A DNA stretch of 64,000 nt from the human T2T-CHM13v2.0 reference genome, Homo sapiens. The stretch lies in NCBI RefSeq assembly GCF_009914755.1, contig NC_060927.1; one strand, 5' to 3'. Positions 45,709 through 61,161 of this stretch are shown here, in pieces (positions within the stretch are counted from its first letter, which is position 1; each line of letters starts with the position of its first letter). Under the pieces are notes generated by a model. That model made no database searches, was not told the origin of the DNA, and saw only the letters and a program-made list of their open reading frames with translations. The translations under genes and the position numbers were made by a program.

Positions 45709-46070
45709 CATATATATATATAATTTACATACATATGTAAATATATGTATCATATTAATTGTTATATTATCTATATATTATATATCTATATTTATATCTA
45801 TATATAGATATGTATATATATATTATAGATATATAGATAATAATATAGATATATAATATATAGTATATAATATATAATATATATCTATATAATATATATC
45901 TATAATATCTATAATATAATATATAATATATAATATATATCTATATTATATATCTATACATAGATATTATGTAGATATTAATATATAAATATATAAAATA
46001 TATATTACATATATTTATTTTTCAGATATATATATATACACACATATACACTCACACATATATACATACC
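45709..46070. repeat. Degenerate (TA)n / AT-rich minisatellite
   Basis: ~360 bp almost entirely TATA/TAGA/TATC units. Confidence 0.93.
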
Positions 46071-46329
46071 TGAAAAAAAAAAAACCTTTACATTTATCCA
46101 GTATTTCTCATTTACAAAGGACATTCACATATGTCATTTGACTTCCACTGAAACTCTGTGAGTTAAGTTGGACACGTATCATGACTGAGACTGAAAGATA
46201 AGTTGGTCAAGGCTACATAGCTAATGAAGTAGGCAAAAGCTGGTTTTGATGGACAGCAACGTGGCCATCCATGAAACTAAACGCCCTAATTCAGTTGCTG
46301 CTGAATATGACCATGGACAACCATTCTAT

Positions 46330-48080
<1,751 letters not shown>

Positions 48081-48390
48081 CCACTGAGGATTTATGAAAA
48101 AGTTTTGATTTTCTGATATATAGGTACCACTCATTTCTCCTTTTTGCCTTATCCTTCTTTTGCGTCTTCATCTTCTTGACTTGCATAAGGTGGTAAGAGT
48201 GAGGGTAGAGTAACCTTCCTGGAACCAAAATAACCATGAGAACGGAAGCCATACACTAAGAATGACAAGGAGAGAAGATGACTGAGCAATGATTTTACAA
48301 ATTCATCAAGGCATCTGTCTACTACCTACCTTGGGACAACTTGGAATGTGAGAAAACCAAAGCTCTATTGGCTAATTCTCTGTACTTTCA

Positions 48391-49088
48391 TGTGACATTC
48401 AGGAGGTATGCTGCTCTTCAAGTAAGAATCTTCCACGGAGTGGGAGTTGAGGGGTCGTGGGGGCGGGCAGTTTGCTGACAGCTTTTCGCTGCAGTGCTGT
48501 TGGCAGCTGCTGCAACTTTCTAGTTAAAGCCACACTTTTAACAGCTCACAGATAATGAGTAAATACAGAGGGGGCATTAGGAAGTGATCATTGCTGCCCA
48601 ATGCAGGACTACTTTATGGACATCCTTTAAACAAGAACTCCCCATGGGCTGGCCACAAGGCTTTATAAGAACACTCAACAGCCTGAAGTTTTTCTGACAC
48701 AATTCTCCTGCTTTCCTATTATCCATTCACAGGTGTCAGACCAGGCTGTATTTGTTAACTATAGCCCGTAGGCTAAAGCTGGTCCACAGCCTGTTTTTTG
48801 TATGGCCGACAAACTAAGAATGATTTACATATTTCGAAGAACGATACAAGCGACTGAATATTAGGAATATATGATAGACAATTTATGTGACCCACAAAGT
48901 CTGAAATATTTGCTCTCTGGTCATTTACAGAAAAAAGTTTGCTGATCCCTCCGATCCCTGGCAAAGACTTTTGCTATCTACTCCTGCTGCCTTTTCCTAT
49001 TTTTTTTCTCCACAGGCATTAGCCATCATGCTTTTGCAAGTCTAACTCTGTCTTGGCATCCTCCTTCCCAGAACACTTAAACTGACAC
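48391..49088 (+). mobile_element. LTR16-like ERVL LTR interrupted by MER58A (~48745-48950)
   Basis: 3' end tcttggcatcctccttcccagaacacttaaactgacac; MER58 motif tttacagaaaaaagtttgctgatccct. Confidence 0.6.
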
Positions 49089-49450
49089 GTTTGGTTTCTA
49101 TCACATTAAATTATAAAGATGCAATTATTAAAAGGGCAGATTCAGGGTCAGAATCCAGGGCTGGTCTGTGACCCTAACACACCAGATTTCTTTGATGATA
49201 CTCTCACAGTGAAAAAAAGAATGAAAAATTTGAGAGAGAATAAAAGATGGATCCGGTAATGAGAAAAATAAATTTGGTTTCTGCCATTATTAACCAGCTA
49301 GCCTAGTGATATGTAACAATCCAAATATCCAAAGACTGGGGCATATTTTCAACTTGACTCAATCCTGTGAAACTGAAGTTTCATTACTCTCTTTTCTTGA
49401 AATCCTTTTCTCCATTCTAGTTCTTCATATGCCCGTTTTTCTACTGCTTA

Positions 49451-49873
<423 letters not shown>

Positions 49874-50779
49874 TCAGTCTTTCCACTTTTGGTTTATGTC
49901 TGCTCCATCCTATGAATTTCTTAGGCAAAAAGCTTTGGAATCATTTTTGACAAGTCTTTTGCTTTCATACCTCACATCTAGTCAATCAGCAAAAGCAGTT
50001 GACTCTACTTTAAAGTAAATAATATCCAGATTCTAACCACTTCCTCCTATGACAGACTGCAATCATCAAGCCGTCTCTTGCCTGGATTATTGTAATAACC
50101 TTCTATATGAACTCATTGCTTCCCTCCTTATCTACTTACGGTCTATTTTTCAACACAACAGGAAGAATACTCTTACTACGTCTCAATTTAGATCTATGTT
50201 TCCTTTGATCAAGACTTATTATCTTTTGCTTTCATTCAAAGTAAAAGAGGAAGTCTTTAGAATGGTCTGTCATATCCTATATATTTTAAATCTCTTTCCC
50301 TTTATGCCTTCATTTTAAAATACTATCTTCCTAGCTTACTTCATTGCAGCTGCGTTGGCCCCTTTGCTCTTTTCTGAACATGTTGTACGTGATTCTACCT
50401 TGGGGAACTTGCATATGTTATTTCCGGAATACTTTCCTACCAGGTACCACTTGATTTGTTTCATCTCTTTTAAATTATTTCTTAAACTTCACCTTCTCAT
50501 TGAAGACTTCCATTGCCACATTATTATAAACTGTTACCTTCCTCCAACCTTCTCAATAGTTCTTGGCTATTTAGTTTAGGATTATCACTGTTTAATAAGC
50601 TATATAATTAGTATATCCATTTTATTATCTGCATTCCTTACCTAGAATGTAACTTCCTGGAAGAAAGGAATTTTTGTCTATTTTATTCATGGCTGCTGGG
50701 TTGCACAACTCCAGGGGCACCATTTCCATTATTGCAGAAAATATACTGCGAATGTTAGATTCTTAAAAATATTATGTGA

Positions 50780-51088
50780 GGCCAGTGTGGTGGCTCACGC
50801 CCATAATCCTGCAGTTTGGGAGGCTGAGGTGGGTGGAACACTTGAGCTCAAGAGTTTGAGACCAGCCTAGGCAATATGGAGAAACCTCATCTCTAGAAAA
50901 AAATACAAAAATTAGCTGGGCGTGGTGGCATGTGTGGGTAATCACAGCTACTTGAGAGGCTTAGGCAGGAGAATTGCTTGAGTCTGGGAGGTGGAGGTTG
51001 CAGTGAAATGAGATCATGTCACTGGAATCCAGCCTGAGCAACAGGAGTGAAACCCTGTCTCAAAAAAAATATATATATATATATATAT
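50780..51088 (+). mobile_element. AluJb-like with (AT)n tail
   Basis: cacttgagctcaagagtttgagaccagcctaggcaa. Confidence 0.93.
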
Positions 51089-52334
51089 GAATCAAACAAT
51101 CAATCTATGTTTAGAAAGTATGTCTGGTAAGAGTATATTACCATATACTGAAATGGAAAATAAAGCACAAGTCAAAATTATTTTTACATGATGCTCTGTA
51201 AAAAAATAAAAAATAAGAATAAACCCCAAAGCCTATCTCTGGGAAAGGAAAAAGGGCTAGAGAAATCACATCAAATTATTTGAAAGTTCTACCTTTGGGT
51301 AATATGACTATTATAATATTTAAAATATTTATTTCCACTTTTCTGTATTTTTCTACTTTCTTCATTAATAAGTTTTAATTTTATTATCAAATAAATACAT
51401 ATTGTGGTAAAAAATTATCACAAAAAATAATTTTAAAACCACTGCCCTTGCTGCATTGAAGCTTATATATCTTTGCTGTATTTCACTCTCATCTTCCAGC
51501 AAGTATTCTCTGCTATTCCTCACCCTTGATCTAGATGTCTGCTTGACCCAGATCACCTATAGGCTGTTGGATTTTTTAAATAGAGTCAAGCAGCAGCAAT
51601 AGACACTTAGAAAAAGCACAGCATTAATAGAAACAGGAAACTTAATTGACAAAAATGATTTCCAAAAAGAAGTAAAAGCCTCTTCAGCATAGCAATGTGT
51701 TCTATCCCAGGTCAGCTCAGTTAAGAGATCTGAGCACAGTTTTCAAACTTTATCTTTCCTAAATTGGTGTGTGGGGGGGTTTGGGTGTGTGTTCACTTTT
51801 TTTTCTATTTTGGAAAAGGGGAACAAAGCAATAAATTACAAAAATAATGAAATAAGTGAACTAAAATCACAGAAATGCTATTCAATTAAAAATAAATGAA
51901 GCAAGCTTAAGGTTTAGCTAAGGACTCTCCTGAAAATTGCACATTAACGAGAATAACTCAGACTCCACTTTATAAATAACAACTTACCCTCCTGAACTCA
52001 CATGGTTTGATAAAAAGAAACCTGTTCTTTTAAACAGTATTTACTTTGTATTATTAACTATTCTTTGGAGGTAAATTAAAAATAATAGAGAAAGGCAAGA
52101 AAGAAGATCATTTGCCAAAGAAACATGACAAAAGCATCTGAAGGACCACCTGCTTTTAACTCCTCCTTTTCCCCACAAAACACAAACAAAAAGCCCCAAT
52201 CCTGAACCAGAAAATAAAGCAACAACATTAGGGAAAGGGTGAACTGACAGCAAATCTATTAAGTGCCTGGATGGGTGTTACTCAGAAAATGTTTGGGACA
52301 AGGTTGGTCCTGAGAGATGACATAGGCCTGTGGT

Positions 52335-52493
52335 TTGCAATCCACACAGTATGTTGAAATCCTCTGGGAAGCTCCTGCTAGGACTCTCCTCTCAGAGGTT
52401 CTGATTCCTTTGATTTGGGTGGGGCCTTGGAATTGGGAAGTTTCAAAAGCTCCCAGGTGATTCTAACATGCTGTTATGGCTAAGAGCCACTGC
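52335..52493. mobile_element. MER5-like DNA transposon followed by a MIR fragment
   Basis: aaaagctcccaggtgattctaacatgc...agagccactg. Confidence 0.65.
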
Positions 52494-54017
52494 ATGGGTC
52501 TAAGGCCTTCATTTTATGAATGAAGAAACTGGGTGGAGATCTCCGTGGCTCACCTGGCTCATCAGTGGCAGAACGAGTGCTATGTTTCAAGTTTACTTCT
52601 CTTTCCACCTAACATCCTTTGTACTGCTTCAGCCCAGGACAAGGTCTTACTCATCTCATAGCTACTTTACCCTGCCTGCATTTAATGAGGCTGGCCCTGT
52701 GATAGGTGTCCCGTAAATATTAATTAAATAAATTCATATCTAGTTTTCAATTGCTGATAATGACCATATTGGAAAACTTATCAATAGAAGTGGAGTGTGC
52801 CAACTGCCAAGGGATTTCCAGAGGTTCCAGAGGTTCAGCATTGAGAAACTCTCTGATTGCCTATTTTTAGGACTCAACAAGCCATCCCCACATAACCCTA
52901 GAAGCTGCAATGACTTCTATCAAAGTTGCATGATACCAGCTAAATGAAGAGATTTTAGGGCAGGCTGGGGGTAAATGGGGTTTTTGGGAAATGAGGAAAG
53001 AAGGAAATTCAGAGACATTACACGTGAGCCACATGTAAAATGAAGGAAATATACACAACCAGATCATACTAGGAATAATGACAGGCTGAAAAAGGTGGGA
53101 ATATGGGGACAAAGTGAAGTTTTCTCTTGATCTGGGCAAATATAGAAAGTGTTAAACAAGAGGAGGAAAGGTTTGAAGAACAATGGCATTCAGATAAGGA
53201 TGAGCTCACACAGAGGTGATATCTACTTGGTATGATTCACAATCCAAGTTTTCCTTTAGTTATTTTCAGGAGCACCAAGATACTTTATTGCCTTTCAAAC
53301 TTCCGCTGGCCTTGGCCTTACCTTCAGATATTTAAATTCTGTAGAAACAGAGTGAGAATTCTGATGCATCTGCTTAATTTAAGGAGAATTCAAGTCAAAT
53401 TGACTGGCAATGATCTTTGCACCTCACCCATCATGCTAATGTCTGAGACTCCACATTAGAGCTGCAAGCCTTTACTTATAAGCCTGGTCTCAATATGAAC
53501 ATTGTCCAGGAACAGGCCACACTTAAGGTTGTGTCAGTTATTGATACTTTAAGATAATGAGTGAATGAGTTCCATCACATCCTTATGGAGTAGTTTTGAT
53601 CATCATCATTACAGAAACAATAATGGGTTTCCAGCAGCTGTCTTTCACTCTTCCACCTTTGTGAGGAACAAAGCCACTTAAGTTTGCACAGTGCTTTATA
53701 GTTCACAAAATATCTTCATATCTTATCATTTATTATTGTATGTCCCCTTTTTATAGATGAGAAAAAGTATTAAGTAACATCTCCTGGCATCCTCTTCTAT
53801 TACCACCCTTGATGAGGAACTCAATTTGAGAGAAATAGGGCATTCTAGTGGGTGGAGCCACTCAAATTTGATAGACGGGCCAGAGGCATCATAGTTCTTT
53901 CCCAGGATCATGGTGAGTCAGATCCTGTCCCAAGCCACCTCCTCTACCAAGAATGGCAATCTTGCAATAAATGATTAGAAAACAAGCCAATAATCCTTTT
54001 TTTAAATTAAAAAACAA

Positions 54018-54023
54018 TTTATT
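54018..54023 (-). terminator. Distal polyadenylation signal AATAAA
   Basis: Plus-strand tttatt. On the minus strand there is a TGTA element upstream and a U/GU-rich tract (TTATTGGCTTGTTTTCT) downstream. Confidence 0.75.
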
Positions 54024-54032
54024 GAAAAAGAG

Positions 54033-54039
54033 TAATGCT
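54033..54039 (-). promoter_or_regulatory. miR-155 7mer-m8 seed match (AGCATTA) near the end of the 3'UTR
   Basis: Plus-strand taatgct; sequence match only. Confidence 0.45.
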
Positions 54040-54921
54040 TTATACAAATTCCCATTATAAAACCCCAAAATGTCTATTGGTCTGTTTCCAGGTGTGGTAG
54101 AAGAATATAAAAAGATCAAAATTGGATAAATTCTATTGTAACAATTTCGTTGGTCATTTTGGGCCATAAAATTTTTTTGTAATGTTTGGTAACTGATATC
54201 CACATGGAATTACACTCACACATCATGAAGATCTATGTATGTGGCAAAAGCCATTTAAATTTTAACTTCCAAAAGCATATATTCTCAGGTTTGGAAGGCA
54301 CACTAAAATTTATTAGGTCCAATTCCTCATAAGACACGGTGGCTGACTTTCCTTGTGTAGTTTATTATGAAGTACCATTTCCAAACTAACTATCCTAGCA
54401 GCGTCAGCTGCCAGCTAACAGCAAGAGCTCTGAGGGCATCACTGAACAGATAGCACCTTATGAGTTATTATGATTCAAAAATCTCCCTTGCTGTTGGATT
54501 TACCAACACGTAGGCTTTTATTTCTTCCCATTACATCTGTTTAGCCACAGAAAGCATTGGGCCATACTCACTGCAGAAGATAAGACTTCCTCAGAATCTT
54601 ATTCGTTTAGTGCACTCAATTTTACTTCACTGTCTCATCACTTGAGAGACTGGTTAAGGCAAGAAACCCATTTCTTAACATTTTTTTTATTTTCAAACAT
54701 TTGAAAAGCAACACCAAAACGTATGCAGTTAATTCCTCAATTCTTTCCCTTAGTATAGCACTTTTTAAATTACAAAACCACACTTACATGTATTCTATCT
54801 CACTGGATCCCCACAACATCACTGTGAGGTGGGAAGATCAGGAATTACAAACCACCGCTTACAGATGAAGCAATAAGCTTACAGCAGCCAAATGCCTTGC
54901 TCAAACACAGACGGTGATTGA

Positions 54922-54929
54922 TAGCACCA
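54922..54929 (-). promoter_or_regulatory. miR-29 8mer seed match (TGGTGCTA) in 3'UTR
   Basis: Plus-strand tagcacca; sequence match only. Confidence 0.55.
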
Positions 54930-55081
54930 AGACTCAAATCCAGGTCTCCAGACACCAGTGCCAACACCCTTTCCATTACATCATCTTGCTCAAGTGAAAT
55001 AGCATTCTGTACAGACTGGAAAAGTAAGAGCAGTTGTTAAAATGGAACAGAGCACAAACATGTCAGACACAGCTGAAAGAA

Positions 55082-55287
55082 TGGAAATAGACTGGTAGAG
55101 AGAGGAAGGCACTGAGCCACATGAAGGTATGTGCGTAGGTTTTGTTCAGTGGAAATAGACTGGTAGAGAGAGGAAGGCACTGAACCACATGAAGGTATGT
55201 GTGTAGGTTTTGTTCAGTGGAAATAGACTGGTAGAGAGAGGAAGGCAGTGAATCACATGAAGGTACGTGTGTAGGTTTTGTTCAGTG
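55082..55287. repeat. 68 bp tandem repeat x3 in CLDN1 3'UTR
   Basis: Unit tggaaatagactggtagagagaggaaggc...taggttttgttcag starts at 55082, 55150 and 55218, with 2-5 differences between copies. Confidence 0.97.
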
Positions 55288-56566
55288 ACTTCTTCAGTGT
55301 CTCAGCCAGCTGAGCAAATAAAGACACTACATAGGCATAGTTCATGTTCAAAGAATAAGAGTAATATAAACTAATTAATATTCACACTACCTCTTCTAAC
55401 TGGTTAAGTATCATTATCTCAATTTGGCAGATAGAAAAAAGAGGTAGAAAGATTAAGTGACTTGCTTACAGCTACAGAGAGAATATTTGTCACCAGATTA
55501 TCACTCCAGAAAGTCTAGCACTTTGTTCAGACAAACAGACCACACCTTATTAGGAAGATATAAAACGCATGATAATTACACTTGGGAAAACAATACAATT
55601 AAGGAATGGGGAACAAAAAGGTAGTTTAGGGGGATATAAAACTATGAATAAGTAGCTTAAAAATTCAATCAATAAAGTTGTGTTACAACACCTGGGGGAA
55701 CAGCATGCAGCTACTCAATTGGACAAATATTTTCAAAGCAAACAAGAGTGCTATGGGTCAGAGTACAGGGATTGTGTGGGAAGGTCAACAGGAATTTATC
55801 ACTTTGGTCATGCAGAAAGATTTGCCTCCAAAGTTCTGATTTGTAATAAATTCTTCTTGGCTTTAGAAACTAAAATGTAGGCTATGAAATGTGTTAGATT
55901 CAGGAGATAGAGACCAATGAAACACAAAACAAATAAGGGCTTAATAACGATGCAAGTGCTATAAGATTATGGTAAAAAATAAAATAAGTATATGAAAAGG
56001 GCACGCATGAAGAATTGAAAGAATTCATCCTTGGTAAATTAGGCTAGGTCTTGTGGCAAAGGCACCCAAAGCTAATGAAGAAGAGTAAATGATATTTGAC
56101 TGTTACATATGTATATAAGGACGAAAAAGAAAATATACCAATAAACATCTTCATCAATATGGAATTAAATACATTTACCTATTTTAGAGATATTTTAAGT
56201 ATGCTAGTATCAACATAATGAGAATAGTATTTTACTGTCTATTTTTAATAGAAAAACATGTATATATACATATCTATATATATTTAAGGAGCACCCCTTC
56301 CCCCATTTGAGTATGATTACTCAATGGGAAGCAGTAATACAAATGGAAAAATCTTCCCTCCTATATTGAGGAAAGAAGATAAAATAAGATTAAGCCATGT
56401 TTAGCACTGAGTATTTTAACACATGGGTTTTTTGTTTGTTTGTTTGTTTTGTAATACCATACTTCAGATTACAATACCCAAAATTCTAAGGTCCTAATGT
56501 TAATGATAGTATCTCAATGTCCATTTTCGGTTTGTTTCAACATGATTTTCTCCTTTTGCCTCTGTG

Positions 56567-56729
56567 TCACACGTAGTCTTTCCCGCTGGAAGGTGCAGGT
56601 TTTGGATAGGGCCTTGGTGTTGGGTAAGAGGTTGTTTTTCGGGGACAGGAACAGCAAAGTAGGGCACCTCCCAGAAGGCAGAGAGAAGCAGCAGCCCAGC
56701 CAGTGAAGAGAGCCTGACCAAATTCGTAC
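56567..56729 (-). CDS. CLDN1: Claudin-1 terminal coding exon 4 (163 bp CDS including TGA)
   Basis: Acceptor TTTTAG|GTACGAA. Translates (R)[53 protein letters not shown], ending in the PDZ-binding YV. Stop at 56567-56569. Confidence 0.98.
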
Positions 56730-58458
56730 CTAAAAGGAAAAACCCATGTGCTTGTTAATCAGTGAATTATTGGCAACTTTTCTAATATAATAAAAGGAAA
56801 AAAAATCAATACTCATTGTATTTTTTTCATTGAAAATAACCCCTGAATATCCCTTGGGAAGTACTTTAAGATTTCTGAACATATACGCCAAAGAATGTTT
56901 ATATTGCAATTGGTGACAATTTGCAATAGTAGATCAGGAAATAACACATGTAATACCAGGTTAATTACACAAATAATTCCAAGGACTTTTCCATATATAG
57001 GATACTTGTAAAGCATGTTTATATGTTTTAGAAGTAGGGTTTGGATCATGGTTCCTAGGCTGAAACTTAGCAAAGGAAGCTTTATCACTAAGTAGTAATC
57101 ATATTCTATAAAGAAACTGATAGAGCATAATGGAGATAATCAGAGCTTTGAACAGATGATCCATTGGTCCCAGGCACCTATACAATCTGAAATCCAAATC
57201 TTATGGTTTTGTAAAGAAAAGTTCTAAGCAGCCCATGAACCATTCTGGATTAAGCTGATCCAGGCAGATGTATTAAAGCAGACACTTAGGGTGGGGTATC
57301 TGTGAGTGATTATGGACAATACGGAAGAGTAGAGAAGGGTTGGTTCTATAAGTTATAAGGCCAAGTCTAAATCCTGATGCAGACTCTCAACTGCTGCAAT
57401 TCTGGGATAGCAACTTCACCTCTCAGCCTCAGTTTCTCCTACTCTCAAAGCAGGATAATCCCACCTGCCTCAATAGACTGCTTTTAGGATCACATGCAAT
57501 AATGTAAATAACAATTGCAAAATGGCTGGCAATTTATAAAGTGCTTTCCTGTGCATTACTGGTGTTATTACCTTGGCAAAATTTTAGCCTACTGACCTCT
57601 AGCAGTTTCTGTTCTTACACTGTAAATCTTATGGGATGGGCTCCAACACAACCATTGCAGTATGTGTTCTCCCATATGTGGGTGATTATATAAAAAGAAA
57701 CACATCTTATCTCTCCAAACACTGAGGTTTTTCATCCATTCATCTAAGCACTCAACAAACAATAATTATATTTTAACATCCTGACTGAATGTAGTTATTA
57801 GGCATTAAAGATGTGAAGACAGTGAGATGAAGAGCCTCGTCTCTGATTAAAGAATGTTGTTACATGAGAGCTAAGAATCAGCTCAACTTGCACAACCTGC
57901 AGTATTAAGAAAGATGACCTTTGTAAAGCCAATTTTACAGTTGTGAAAGAACAAAAAATTTCAAGGTGGTATCTGAACATACTAAAAACATACATAATAG
58001 CTTTACGTGTAAAAATGAACTGTTGGGAATGAAGTATTATTCATTAACCCCTATAGTAGTATAATTTTTCTCAATCAATCATAAACTGTGCATTAGTTAC
58101 AAATAATCTTAGGTAGGTGTTGTAAACATCAGAATACACTTCAAAAAGGAAATTTCAAATATATTAACATCTTTATTAATATTTGAAAAAACAAACAAAA
58201 GAAAGCCCAGTTATACAGTTGAAAAGCACAGAGCTTGAAACTTTTCTACTTTGGAAGGTATTTTGTCATCAATACAGGGTGTTAAAGCAATTATCAAACT
58301 CATTTTGACATAAGTCAGAGATCATTTAAATTGTTTGTAGGTTTGACATAAAATTCTTGAAAGCAAATCTGGGAAATGATGGCACTAGCAGGACTTTGTA
58401 GAATATAAAAAGGGCATTTTCTCAGAAAACAAACTATTTTACGCCTGAATAGCGTTAC

Positions 58459-58543
58459 CTGGCATTGACTGGGGTCATAGGGTCATAGAATTCTTGAACG
58501 ATTCTATTGCCATACCATGCTGTGGCAACTAAAATAGCCAGAC
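58459..58543 (-). CDS. CLDN1: Claudin-1 coding exon 3 (85 bp)
   Basis: Acceptor TTTCTATAG|GTCTGGCT, donor CAG|GTAACG. Translates (G)[27 protein letters not shown](R), ECL2. Phase compatible with exons 2 and 4. Confidence 0.97.
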
Positions 58544-59549
58544 CTATAGAAATTCAAAACAAAAGACTGTTAATCACCATGGAACACTGAGCCTAAATAC
58601 ACAACCTGTTAAACCAAAACATATTTTGCAAGAATTAAATCTCATCAATAGTGTTGACATTTTTATTTTGGTATTAGGGAGATTAGAAGTCCAGATATGA
58701 TTTATTCCAAGTATCTATTAAAATATAAAAAAATACTAGGTTGGCATTAGACAAAATTTATACTTTTTTATGATATCTTGGCACAAATAATTCTTTTTTG
58801 GAAACAATTAGGCAGGTGTATGTTGTACAAAATCTCTTTTAAATATGCTGTTATACATTAGGATACTAAACTACATTTGATAAAACTATTGTCATTATTA
58901 GTACAGGTAGAATTACTTGCAAAAGGGGAAGATGAAAACTCTTCTATGTTCTTGATCAAACTCAAAATTTACATTTCTGCAGAGTCAAAAGGAATGCAAG
59001 CAGCTAGATAGAGTGAGATCAGGACATGTCTCAGAATGGACCAGAATACCTGCATTACTACTGCCCCATTGGCCAAGGGAATACCTGATATAGGTATAGG
59101 TTGGCCTGAGATTTGTTGAGGGTGCCACATCAGATCAATTTATGCAACCCAATCTCAATTTCCCATGGCATTTTATATTCAATGATAGCAGAGAAATCAT
59201 TTAGTCAAAATCATTCACTTAATCATTTATAAGATGTATAAAATACTTCATTTTTTTATCAAAAAAGTTAAATAACTTTTTTGTAGTAATTCTAAGTATT
59301 CATCAATATAGATAGATTAGATGTTTCTATGCTACTGTCTCTCCCCAGCCAAAAACATGGTCCAATGTAATTGCCTCTAGACATGACAGAAAACACTATT
59401 GCTTTTGGCTTCTCAAATAGACCATGCGAATGGTCTTGAACTTGTGACGCTTACTCCTAAGAGAAGTCCCTGAAACTGGAATAGGAGTGATGCAGTCACA
59501 TGTGGGAGTTACAAGAAGGCAAGCGAAGGAAGAATGCAATGCATTTCAT

Positions 59550-59609
59550 CCTCATCGTCTTCCAAGCACTTCATACACTTCATGCCACGATGGCCACAAA
59601 GATTACTAT
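59550..59609 (-). pseudogene. Intronic partial duplicate of CLDN1 exon 2 (60 bp)
   Basis: Aligns to 61213-61273 in the same orientation with 2 substitutions and a 1 bp deletion. Confidence 0.93.
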
Positions 59610-60231
59610 TCGCAGCCTTTGATATAAGAGTAAATTATTGGGAATAAGACACTATCCATGCCTTTTCAGAGAGGAGTCAATTTGTATTTGGGTAAACTGA
59701 GAGACTGGTCATTTTAAACTAACCACATCTTTAGCAAAGCCACAGATACTCTTCCTCAATTACTGGTTAAACTGACATATTACACTGAAGCAAAAGCCCC
59801 TACAAGTCTTCTGTCAAAAAGAAAATAAGAAAATAAAGTCTATTCTAGTTTTTTTCTATTAGTAGATTTGTATCATTAATTATATCTGTTATTTTTTTAA
59901 AATAATATACTATAATATACTACATATATAATATATGCATCTAATACCTAATATAGAGAACATATAGTAGTCTATTATTATAGCTGTATAATTTATATGG
60001 AGATTATCAACATATATAACACAGTGTATAGATATAAAGATATATATATACACACAGAGAGATTGCATATGTATGTACATATACACACGTAAGTATACAT
60101 ACACTATAATTTTTTAAATAGGCATTATTATAAAGCTTTGAAATAATGCTGTCCATGTTTTCTGACTTTGATTTTCTCAAATGACACATAATGTAACTTA
60201 TCAATCAACACTTGAATTAAAAAACAGATAT

Positions 60232-60521
60232 TTCTTTTCTTTTCTTTTTTCTTTTTTTTTTTAGACAGTCTTCTGTTGCTTAGGCTGGAGTGCAGTGGTG
60301 CGATCTCGGCTCCCGAGTTGAGGTGATTCTCATGCCTCAGCCTCTGGAGTATATGGGATTACAGGCGTGCACCACCACACCCAGCTAATTTTTGTGTTTT
60401 TAGTAGAGATGGGGTTTCACCATGTTGGCCAGGCTGGTCTTGAACTCACGACCTCAGGTGATCCGCCCTCCTCAGCCTCCAAAAGTGCTGGGATTACAGG
60501 CGTGAACCACCACACCTGGCC
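60232..60521 (-). mobile_element. AluS in CLDN1 intron 2, with an internal deletion in the right arm
   Basis: gatctcggctcccgagttg lacks actgcaacctccgcctc; otherwise Alu. Confidence 0.93.
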
Positions 60522-61161
60522 TAAAAAACACGTATTTATTTTAAATGGAAAATATAATACTATTTTATCAAAAAAATTTAAAGGTATTTCTGTATTTTTT
60601 TTTCCTAACTGCTTTAAACTGACCATTCCAACAGGCCACCTCTACTCCAGTTGGCCTTTCTTTTCATTGATCTACAGGCACATCCTGTTTATTCTCGAAT
60701 TAGATCTGCCCAGCTGGAATGCTATCCTTATTTTTCTCCAATAATCCCAATCCTTCCATCCCTCACAGACCTGAAGGGTTCACATATTCTTGTGTTTTCT
60801 CTCACTACTCCCCATCTTTTCCACGTAGTATCTGTGGAGACACCATAGGAATTATCTGAATTACATGAACTTCCTCCTTAGCGTTTGCTAAATAGTGAAC
60901 AACTTTCTTCACTGGAAGAGACTGGTTCTAACAAACCAGTTGCCACTTGAAACTTCAACCAATAGACCTGTCAGATGTGAGCAGAGCTCTCACATTTTCA
61001 TTTAGTTTGTGTTTGAGAACATGAAAATCAACTGGACTTCAGGTCTATGTTTGCAGTTTGCCTTAGAGACTGAAATCAAGTATAATGAATCCAACGTAAT
61101 AGATTTCAAATCATACCAGGAACAGGTTAGTAAGGTGAAAGGGGGGCACAGCCTCTATTAC

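Larger units (their letters stand above)
54000..56566 (-). other. CLDN1: CLDN1 3'UTR (~2.6 kb)
   Basis: Follows the stop codon and runs to the distal AATAAA at 54018-54023. Length fits the known ~3.4 kb mRNA. Exact cleavage site is approximate. Confidence 0.85.

Noticed and set aside
55082-55287. Possible CRISPR-like array
   Set aside because: Whole 68 bp units are near-identical with no unique spacers, and the context is a mammalian 3'UTR.
56500-56721. 73 aa minus-strand ORF over exon 4
   Set aside because: Alternative frame; the claudin-1 frame ends at GKDYV* (56567).
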